A stretch of 27,050 nucleotides of DNA, from assembly GCA_002269645.1 (NCBI GenBank), contig NIVC01005070.1:1-27050 (forward strand). Reading direction: 5' to 3'. This DNA is from Macrostomum lignano (taxonomy: Eukaryota). Positions 1 to 9,600 of the stretch are shown piece after piece (positions within the stretch are counted from its first letter, which is position 1; the number at the start of each line of letters is the position of its first letter). The notes beneath the pieces were generated by a model that was not told the origin of the DNA, did not search any database, and saw only the letters and a list, made by a program, of their open reading frames with translations. The translations under genes and the position numbers were made by a program.

Positions 1-980
1 TCCTTTCTCCTTTCTTCTTTTCTCTTCTCTTCCCTTTTCTATACTCTGTCTCCCTCTCTTCTCTCACTCCACTCTCCTCTCTCCGTTATCTCTCATCTCT
101 CATCTCTCCTTCCACCTCTCATCTCTACAACCTTAGAGATGTAGAGATGTATCTTTATCTCTTCTCTCTTCCCTTTACTCTCTCTTCTCTTCTTTCACCT
201 GTTTCCTCTCTGCTCTCCTCTCTGCTGTCTCCTCTCTCCTCTCATCTGCAGCTCTCTGCTCTCTCATCTCTACTCTCTCCTCTCGCTTTTCCTCTCTCCC
301 CTCTTCTCCCCTCTTTCTCATCGTCCTCACCCCCTCATCTCTCCTATTATCTTTTCTTTATCCCCTCTGTCCCTCTCCTCTCTTCGAATCGTCTATTCCT
401 TCTTCTTTCCACTTTCATCTGCCCCTCAGCTATGAGCTGGATTATTTATCTGGACTTTAAGGTAAAAGTCTGCCCATCCCTGCTTGGAAAGCCAGTTTGT
501 GGGACGTAGTACTCTCATGGTTGTTCTCATGCTTTGATCACGTCATCTTTCTTGCCAATTTGCAGCCCTGAAAGGAATTTGTGTATCTTCAGCTCCACTG
601 CAGTCTGCATTAGTCTTTTCCTGAGTCTGCATCAGACTCTGGTCTCTCCCTGACTCTCCCTACGTCCCTTGGATCCTTTAAAATTTCTATCGTCTCTTTG
701 TTTCCTCTCATCTCTCTCGTCCCTCGTCTCTCCTCTCTCCTCTCTCCTCTCTCCCCTCTTCTCTCGTATCTTCCCTCATCTCTCTTCTCTTTCATCTCTC
801 TTATCTCATCTCTTGTCTCTTCTTTTCTCTCTCCTCTCCTCTCTCCTCTCTCCCCTCTTCTCTCGTATCTTCCCTCATCTCTCTTCTCTTTCATCTCTCT
901 TATCTCATCTCTTGTCTCTTCTTTTCTCTCTCCTCTCCTCTCTCCTCTCTACTTTTTCGTTTTCTCTCTCCTCAGTCTAA
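1..980. repeat. CT-rich (polypyrimidine) low-complexity tract, including a ~99-bp tandem duplication at ~736-950
   Basis: Almost pure C/T with CTCT/TCTC motifs. The block ctcccctcttctctcgtatcttccctcatc... recurs at 751 and 850 (period 99). The S/L-rich and E/R-rich ORFs here are translation artefacts. Confidence 0.95.
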
Positions 981-1470
981 GTCTAACAACCAAGGAAATA
1001 CGCATTTCTTAGGAGGCCATTTATTATTTACACAGTACCTTTAAAAGAACCCTAAAATTTCCATGGTGTGCCTAATTTAGTAGGGTTGTATTGCATTGCA
1101 TCGCATCGCCTTTTCATAAATATTTCGCTTTTACAAACCCTGCTGGATAGTGGATTCCCTCGATTTGCCAATTGCCAATTGCCATCCACTGTTAAAATGC
1201 TGCAGAGTTTGCCAATACAGAGGGGAGGGCAGTGGTTAGAATTTCTCACTAAACTGTTATGGCTAAACGTAGCCTCTCCACTCTCGGGGTGCAGAGAAGG
1301 CTATGAATAAATTTATTCTAAAACACTGTACATTTGCTGTGTACATTCAGTCCTATCGCCTGACACTTCGTCTGGCTCTGGGGAATGAGTGGAGTGGAGT
1401 GAGTGAGTGGCACAAACAACAGAAAAAGCAGATAAAATTCACATGCTTACAGTTTCTTTTTCGGTTAAGT

Positions 1471-2027
1471 TACAGAGTTGAAACTTTACATTTAGATAGG
1501 GAATGGGTCAATGAAGAATTGTGTCAAGTTTGAAGTCAATCGCTTTATGTGGAGCAAACTTATGGCAGCTGAAAGTTAGTCAATTTTGAAACCCTTTTAC
1601 ACATCTGGGCCCAAATCGATATCGGGAAAGATAGGCAGGCGGGCGGAGGTTGGGTGGTTGCTACGCTGAAAAAAACAGCCTAACTTTAAAAGTGCACAGC
1701 ACCGCTCAGGATTAACTTTGAGACTCGAAATTTTACATGATTGTACCAAAATAGTTGAAGATTATCTGTGTCAAATTTGAAGAGAATCGGTAGAAGTGGA
1801 GCGGCGCTATGGAGGATTTAGTGAAAAAATCGCGCATTTTGAGCAGTTTTTTGCACTTTTAGGTAAGAAGACTCAAATTTAGGAAATTTAAAGGTAGCCT
1901 AAGACATTCTCTGTAGTGAGTTTAGGGTGGGTGTAAAATTTGGTGTCATTTGGTTGAACGGTTTGGGAGTCCATAGCGAAGTAATTTGTCCACAGACAGA
2001 CAGAGTTTTGATTTTTATAGGTAGAGA
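1471..2027 (-). mobile_element. Non-autonomous Helitron-like dispersed repeat, copy 1 (uninterrupted, probably 3'-truncated)
   Basis: Colinear homology by eye with 20695-21082 plus 25860-26019. The minus strand begins A|TCTCTACCTATAAAAATCAAAACTCTGTCTGTCTG (5'-TC after a host A, then a CTGT microsatellite), like Lep1-type Helitron 5' ends. Repeat status is certain; the Helitron class is inferred. Confidence 0.6.
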
Positions 2028-3642
2028 TTTGACGAAATTATCTTTTTTATTTTATGTCTACTAAAACAGGCTGGTAAAACGGAAAAAAATTGGTGCGCAG
2101 CAAAAACATTTATTTTTACTTGTGTACTTATTGCATGATGTATGATAAGGCCAACCATCAGATTTGACTGCAATCTGCGCCCACTGGGCTGAGGCAAGAA
2201 AAGAAGAATTTTTCGCATAAACTACACATGTGGGTTTTGACCTTGTTCAGTAGCTATTAAAACAGCTGTTGAGCCTAAGATATCGGTATCCCTCCCTTTA
2301 AGTCAATGGCGTAACCCTAACTCTCCATTTCATCTACCTTTTGGCTTGGCCACCAACAACTTCCAGTTGACCCTTGGCATCTCAGCGACAGCAATTCCTC
2401 CCAAAGTTCCTGGCTCTTGAAATCTCAACAACACCACCCGTGAGCCCTTGATATCTCAGCTGTTTATTTGACTATAAATGAAGCAGGGATTTATGAAAAT
2501 CGACGCCTGCAATTGGATGACTAGCTACTGGACCTTGGAACTTGGTTGTCCAATAAATTGGTAAATTGGTAGAGTTGCTGTCAAGCTAGCTGGGTAGATC
2601 TCAAATTGCCTGGCTGGCCACGTGAGTCACAGGAGTTTATTTAGCGGGGTAAAAGTTGACTAGAGGCAAAATAATATTCGCTGCCCTCCATACGAGTATA
2701 GCACACGCACGGGTATGGGTGCTTTAGCCAGTCCCGCGTCTCCCTCTGGAGGAGCCAACTTGCCCATTATCAAAAGAGGATCTTGTAGATTGAGAGAGAG
2801 CCTTAAGGTCGCCGCTTTGCCGGGTTGAGAGGCGGGCAGCGCGGGTTTTCGCTGGCAGCCGTACTTTTCTCCCAAGCGCCCGCGTGCGTTCACCCGGGGG
2901 AAGGTCGCGGGGGAAGAGATGAGGATATTAAATCTCGCCCTTCCCTGCCCTGGCCTCTACCGCGCGCTCCCACGCTGGCCAATAAGTTTCCCACGCAGCC
3001 CTTCACGGCTCTCGTCTCCGTTCACCTCTGCCCCCCCCCCCTGTACAGCGGAGCCAAGTCAGAGGGCGGGGGCGCAGGCGGGGGAGCCGCATGCAGCGGC
3101 AGCAGCAGTACTATACTGCAGGCATGCGGGCGGCCTGGGTTAAGCCTACCCCTCCCCCCCCCGCGGCAATGCCTCCCTCTCTTTTCTCTCTCCCTCGCCG
3201 AGCCACACAACCTCAACAGACGCGGAGAGAAGCGGAGAGAGAAAAGACAGGAAGGCCCCACAGCACTGCTGAGCAAGGGACGACAAGCTCGACATTGCAC
3301 GGGCACGCGACACCCCAACCCCCTCGCAAGTCACTGCGCCGCATGAGACTCGCATTGATAACTGCTGTGCGCGCCGGATAGCATAAGGGACTGGCCTGGT
3401 CGGGGCTCAAACCTCAGCTGCGTTCGACAATTCGAGCCATTCGCAACCAGCAGGAAGACTGCAAGACCGCCAGGGCGAGAGTGACGACTGGGAAAGTCGA
3501 GATCGGCTGAAACATTTCTGGTTAGTCGAATAACTACTTGTGTAACTTTTACAATAGAATATTGAAAGTATGAAACCCTGGAGCAAAAACAGGGAGCACT
3601 CAGAGCGTCACTCCTTTGAGCACTCCACAGGGCAGTACATGT

Positions 3643-3777
3643 AGCACTCCGAAGAGCACTCCGAAAAGCACTCCAAAGAGCACTCTGAAGAGCACACCGA
3701 AGAGCACTCAGAAGAGAACTCCGAGGGGCACTTCAAAGAGCACTCCGAAAAGCACCCCAAAGGGCACTCCAAAAAAG
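3643..3777 (+). repeat. 12-bp tandem repeat (AGCACTCCGAAG) x11, reading (STPK)n on + and ending at TAA 3790-3792
   Basis: Units read directly: STPK STPK STPK STLK STPK STQK RTPR GTSK STPK STPK GTPKK STSS*. The only indel is a 3-nt insertion. Confidence 0.9.
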
Positions 3778-3792
3778 AGCACTAGCTCGTAA

Positions 3793-4182
3793 TTACCAAT
3801 CAAAGGGGGCTCTAAAAACCGTAGCGCACCACCTGAGTTCGAGTCCTGCCGCACCGCAGCGGCGCAGTCTCTCAGCCCAGCGTTCGAGCAAGTCCGCTAC
3901 AGCTTCTGCTCTCGAGGCTGCAGCAGTCACCGAGCGCACCAGAATTCTGGCCTGGGGAGGGGCTCTGCAGTTTAACAGAAATTTGCATTCTTCATCAGCA
4001 GTAAAATTAAGCCTGTAGAATAAGCGGGTCAGACTGCAGTGCTGCTGAGTCATTTCCGCCTCCACTGCGGCCGCTGCATTCTTTGCTAATTCAAGACTGC
4101 TGGCAGCTCGATTTGGATAATTTATATCCATGCAGGGCGGAGACGCTTGCCGCTGGCGCGAGTCCGCCTCCAGTCCTTGCAA
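3793..4182 (-). CDS. Possible exon or ORF of unknown function (129 aa)
   Basis: Non-repetitive open frame with protein-like composition (...RSVTAAASRAEAVADLLERWAERLRRCGAAGLELR...) and a possible donor AG|GTGGTG near 3832. No family recognised; the ORF-track start is not ATG. Confidence 0.25.
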   Translation of the reverse strand: MQGLEADSRQRQASPPCMDINYPNRAASSLELAKNAAAAVEAEMTQQHCSLTRLFYRLNFTADEECKFLLNCRAPPQARILVRSVTAAASRAEAVADLLERWAERLRRCGAAGLELRWCATVFRAPFDW

Positions 4183-4468
4183 AATGCCAATGCCAGCAGT
4201 CCAGAATCCCCTGGCTTGAACTGGCCCGAGAGGGGTTTAATTGAGCAAGCGAACCGGGGCCGATTCCCCAGCTGCATCTCGGCCCGGCAACCCGGCATCC
4301 GCTAATCTGATTGCCCAGCAGCCACCGCAGGCGGAATAGCAAATTTGAGCGTCCCAGAAGGAACGATCGAAAAAAATGGACCCATCAATTTTTATTCTTC
4401 TCATCATCGCTTTCCACAGGTTTCACTTTCTTAGAAACGGCCAAGGCAGCAGGGAGGCTGGGAGGCCA

Positions 4469-4476
4469 TGACGTCA
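4469..4476. promoter_or_regulatory. Perfect CRE palindrome TGACGTCA ~310 bp upstream of the SARA start codon
   Basis: Exact ATF/CREB consensus in a GC-rich region upstream of ATG 4782. Function untested. Confidence 0.35.
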
Positions 4477-4781
4477 TCGCTCACTCCGCTTTTCTCCCGT
4501 CCCGTCTCTCCCGCCTCATTCCCGCTCGCGTGCTGCCAATGCGGGAAAGCAAAAAAACGCTAAGGACGTCTGAGCACCGCAGCTCACCGCCCCCCCCCCG
4601 ATTCCCGCATCTCCACAGGAGGAAAGAAAGGAGAAGAAATCCTTCTGGAGCCCGGGATGGCCTCATCAACTCCAGCCGGCAACTGTCAGCAGCAGAAGCT
4701 GCGATGAGGCGGCCCAGCGCTTCTCGATAAAAACACTGCAACTGCCGACCCGACGAGACAAGAAGCCCTCAGCTCACCGGC

Positions 4782-6657
4782 ATGCAGCGGCCGAAATCCC
4801 TGCAGCTGACTCTGCCCACTGCCGCGGCCTCCACTGCGGCCGAATCCGCACCCGCGACCACCTCAGCGCCGGCTTCGGCGTCGACCTCCGCCGCGTCGCC
4901 TGGCGTTGAGGCCATGGAGGAGAACGAACCCCTGACCTCGCCGGCTAAGGCGGACGGCCACGGCGGCTCCAACGGTGAGCAGTCGGTCCGAACGCCGACC
5001 AACGACATCACCAACATCGCCGATTCCGGGCCCGCGGCGACACAGGCCGCGCCGCAGCAGCTTCAATCGCCGCCGCCAGCCCAGACCCAGCCGGCGCCGC
5101 CCTCGTTGCTCCTCACGCCGCCCCCGCCGCTTTCACTCCAGTCAGCTTTGCCGGCTCGGAGGCCGGCCAGGCCGTCATCGCTGCTGCTCGTCACCCCCGC
5201 CGGCCAGTGGGCCCCGCCGGCCACGCCCCAGCAGCCGGCGGCAACCACGGCAGCCTCCGCCGCCGCCTCCCCGTCCCCGGCGCCGGTCCGCGCGCTGCCA
5301 AGCCGGCGGCCGACCTCCCTCTGCCTGCCTTCTCGCTGGACACCCGCTGAGGCCGCCAGCCAGTCGCCGCAAGCTGCAGCCGCCTCCCCTGCGACGCCGA
5401 CCCAGCCGACGCCCTCGCCGCTAGGACTGCGCCGGCCGTCGCCGTTCCCGGAGCTTCCGCCTGCCGTAAAGCGGCTTCGGCCAAGCGGCGGCGGCAGCGG
5501 CCTTGCATTTACGCCGGCGGCAAATTTTCTGACCCAGGCACCGGCCGCCACGCCGAGCTCCGAGTTGCCGCCGTCGCCCTTTCCCCCGCCGACGCCTAGC
5601 AGCACCCTGACGCTGTCCTCGTCCTCTTCCCCATCCACCGAGCCGACAGTCGCCGCAGTTGTTTCCGCCGCTAGCGCCGCGGCCGCTGCCGTTACGGGCG
5701 CCGTCGAGGATGCCGAGATGGCGTCTCCGACCGCCTCCACCGCCTCCTCGACCCTCAGCTGCAGCTCGCAGCTCGGCTTCGTCAAGCCCTACTGGGTGCC
5801 GGACCGGGACGCCCCGCTCTGCATGCGGTGCGGCGCCAAGTTCACCGTGCTGCGCCGGCGCCACCACTGCCGCGCCTGCGGGCGCGTCCTCTGCTCCGCC
5901 TGCGCCTGCCACACGGCCCGCTTGGCCTTCCTGGGCGGCGCCAAGGCTCGCGTCTGCGCCGCCTGCCACCAGCAGCTGACGCTGCCGCCGCCTCCACCTC
6001 CGCCTCCGCTGCCACCTCCATCGGCGCCTCCGCCACAGCGGCCGCCTGGAGTCCCCCGCCCCGGACTGGCGCCGCAGCCGCCCCGCAGCGTGGTTTTCGA
6101 AGACGGCGTTCGACCCGGCGCTGTCAGCCCGACCGCGGCGACGGCCTGGAGCCGAGCCTCGCCCCGCTGGACGGCTCGCAGCTGCCGCCGCTGTGCAGTC
6201 ATGCGCCGCCTCTCGAAGATGCCGAGGCCGCCCTGGCAGCGGGCCGGACGCTGAGCTACCGAGTCTGCCGCAGCGTCCGGGTGACCGCCCGCCTGCTGCA
6301 GTCGCTGCCCTGCTGCACCCCGGCCGGCTCGGCCTGGTGGCTGCTGCTGAGCCGCGGCCTGAGCACCGTCGGCCAGGCGGAGCTGTTCCTGCTCATTCAG
6401 CGGGACGACGGCGAGGCGCTGCCGCCGCCGCACGCCTTCGCCCTGGTGTACTCGGCCTACGAGCGGGCCTACTCGGGCGGCTGGCTGGGCCATCTGGACT
6501 TCCTGCCGGCGCCGAGGCGTCTCGGCCCGTTGCTAGGCGACCGGAGCCACGCCGGTTTGTTGCTGTTCCGGCCGGGTCGCCTGCACTGCACGCTGCACCT
6601 GGGGCTCCCGGCTGAGGCCGGAGGGCAGCCGCCGCTCTGTGGACTGCTGGTGCTCAG
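4782..6657 (+). CDS. ZFYVE9: SARA/endofin exon 1: Ala/Pro/Ser/Thr-rich disordered N-terminus, FYVE finger (~5784-5980), PP1-type RVxF motif, start of C-terminal domain
   Basis: The 4782..6254 ORF holds FYVE and FEDG; the 5828..6661 ORF holds LPPL...CGLLVLR. The frame switches by -1 between them. Donor CTCAG|GTGAGG at 6658. Confidence 0.9.
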
Positions 6658-9600
6658 GTGAGGGGAATTTTAAGCTCGGGGAATTTGAGGCTTGGGGAAT
6701 TTGAGGCTTGGGGAATTTGAGGCTTGGGGAATTTGAGGCTTGGTGAATTTGAAGCTTGGGGAATTTGAAGCTTGGGGGGAACTTGAAGCTTGGGGAATTT
6801 AAAGATTGGGGAACTTGAAGCTTGGGGAACTTGAAGCTTGAGGAATTTGAAGCTTGAGGAATTTGAAGCTTAGGGGAGTCTGAAGCTTAAGGAATTTGAA
6901 GCTTGGGGCAATTTGACGCTTGGGGAATTTGAAGCTTAGGGGAGTCTGAAGCTTAAGGAATTTGAAGCTTGGGGCAATTTGACGCTTGGGGAATTTGAAG
7001 CTTGGGGAAGTTGAACCTTAGGGAATTTAAAAGCTTGAGGGGATTTGAAGCTTTGGGAATTTGAAGCTTGGGGGAATTTAAAAGCTTGGGGGATTTGAAG
7101 CTTAGGGGAATTTGAAAGGATTGTGAAGTGTAAAAACCAGCGAATTTTGGTTTGATCGAAAGTGACCCAAGTCCTTTTTAGTCGCATTTTGAGGTAAGAA
7201 AATTGTAAATAATTGTGGCAGCTTTTAGCGAATTGCGTCATATATTTCCCCCAATAAATTGTCAGCCTTCGGGGCAAAGCCTTCAGCTTCCGAGCGCGCA
7301 GTTTCCACCGGGAATTCCACACCCCCAGGTCGTTCGCCGCGAACGCTAATTCGGGTCAATGGAAGCCCAGCCTGATGGAGCGCCCAGCCTCCCCCTGCTT
7401 ACCTCGCTTGCCCCGAAACCCCCACCCCTGATAAGACGCGTCGCCAGTGCTGCGGTCAGGCCTGGGTGGCTGGCGGTGACTCAGCGACCTTCGCTAACTC
7501 GACATCAACCGGCTGCCTGCCTGGGCCCAGAATCTCCCCAGATTAAATTTACTGCGGCTCGCGGATGCTGGAGGGGGGGGGGTTGGGCGGCCGTGTGTCA
7601 CTTTTACGATTTTCAACTGCTAAAAGCTGCAGAAGGCAGCAATTCACTGCGGCAATGCGGCGGTCTGACTCAGACCTCCTCTGCAGTGCTGCCAGAAAGC
7701 ATAACAAACTTTGCCTTCCCAAACTGCAATGAAAGTCGCGGTGCACCCACGCTTCCCATAAACTAAAAATTCTTATCTGGGGCTGTGTCTGTTTGCTAGA
7801 CCGGAATCAAGGCAGCTGCCTTCTTGCCACGAGAGCCACTGCCACCACCTCCTGTGCGCACTTGCTCTCTCTTGGCTGAAGTTCAGCACTGTTTAATTCC
7901 AAAATGCAGAGACTTGCTGGCAGATTTCGAATATAAGTAACAACGTTAGAGCCTTCAGGATGATTAGAAGCACCCAAGTGAAACCAGGCAGGTAGAAATC
8001 AGAACTTCATCTGAAGCGTCATGGAGGGTTTAATCTAATTAAAGCCTCATAGAGGTTCAGAAGTTAGAAAGCCTCATGGAGGTTTATAAGGCTAAGAAGG
8101 TAGAAAGCCTCATAGAATGTTCATTAGGTATTGAGCCTCATAGAGGGTTCAGAAGGTATAGAGCCTCATAGAGGGTTTATTAGATGTAGAGCCCCATAGA
8201 GGGTTCATTAGGTATAGAGCCTCATAGAGGGTTCATTAGATATAGAGCCTCATAGAGGGTTCAGAAAGTAGAGAGCCTCATAGAGGGTTTATTAGATGTA
8301 GAGCCTCATAGAGGGTTCATTAGATGTAGAGCCTCATAGAGGGTTCGTTAGGTATAGAGCCTCATAGAGGTTCAGAAGGTATAGAGCCTCATAAAGGTTC
8401 AGAAAGTATAGAGCCTCATAGAGGTTCAGAAGGTATAGAGCCTCATAGAGGGTTCATTAGATATATATAGAGCATCATGGAGGTTCAGAAGGTATAAAGC
8501 CTCATAGTGGGTTCATTAGGTATAGAGCCTCATAGAGGGTTCATTAGGTATGGAGCCTCATAGAGGGTTCATTAGATATAGAGCATCATGGAGGTTCAGA
8601 AGGTATAGAGCCTCATAGAGGGTTCATTAGGTATAGAGCCTCATAGAGGGTTCATTAGATATAGAGCCTCATAGAGGTTCAGAAGGTAGAGAGCCTCATA
8701 GAGGTTCAGAAGGTATACAGCCTCATAGAGGGTTCATTAGATATAGAGCATCATGGAAGTTCAGAAGGTAGAGAGCCTCATAGTGGGTTCAGAAGAGCCT
8801 CATGGAGGTTAAGAATATAGAGCCTCATAGCCTAATATGAGTCAAGAATATAATTAATAGCAGACATTTAATATCTTTTCTTCTTTGTGTAAAAAACCTA
8901 CTCATCATTCAATTCTTATCATCAGGTGGGAGGCGCCCTGGGCCGAGCTGTTCCCCATGCGGCTGCTGCTGCGGTTGGGCTGCGAGCACCGAGTGTACCC
9001 CTGCCCGCTGACGTCGGTGCGCCGGCGCAGCCCCGTGTTTGGCGAGCTCAGCCGCTCCCTGGCCGGCATGCTGGTGGACACCAAAAATTTCTCTCACGGG
9101 TTGCCGAGCCCGCCGGGTCTCAGCGTGCGGCTTCGAACCGGCTGCACGGTGGTGCGCTGCCCCGTTGAAGCCTACGACTGCGTGCAGAAGGCCCTGGCGG
9201 CCGCAACTTCGGCGTCGTGCGGTGCGGGCAATGGCAGTTGGGTGCTGGCGTTCGGTGCGAGCTTCTGCCCGGCTGCTGACGCCCACCTGGTCTGCCATCA
9301 GAACCTCGAGACAGGTTGGTTGCCTAAATATACCTGCCTGGCGATTCCTTAAGGGTAGATTCCATCGCCGGTAGATTCCCCCGAGGGTAGATTACTCCCT
9401 AAGGGTAGATTTCCTCGAGGGTAGATTCACCCGAGGGTAGATTCCCCCGAAGGTAGATTCCCCCGAAGGTAGATTCCCCCGAGGGTAAATTCCCCGGAGG
9501 GTGGATTCCCCCGAAGGTAGATTCATTCCCCCGAAGGTAGATTCCTCCGAAGGTAGATTCCTCCGAAGGTAGATTCCTCCGAAGGTAGATTCCTCCGAAG

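Noticed and set aside
120-149. 9-bp inverted repeat CATCTCTAC/GTAGAGATG resembling the Helitron-like 5' end
   Set aside because: Too short and embedded in CT-rich sequence; a local fold-back event or chance explains it.
147-1012. S/L-rich and E/R-rich ORFs
   Set aside because: Translations of the CT/GA low-complexity tract.
4481-4741. Weak MIT/MITD1-like impression (CFYREALGRL; with the 3793-4182 ORF)
   Set aside because: Only a few residues match, the start is non-ATG, it overlaps the SARA 5' region and no splice model could be built.
6092-6098. G_GTT_TTC, a cardiovirus-type -1 slippery site, as a programmed-frameshift explanation of the SARA break
   Set aside because: Shifting here would destroy the conserved FEDG (SARA WFADG) motif that follows in frame 0.
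6108-6127. 20-nt GT...AG segment that would also restore the SARA frame
   Set aside because: Implausibly short for an intron and removes conserved VRPG residues.
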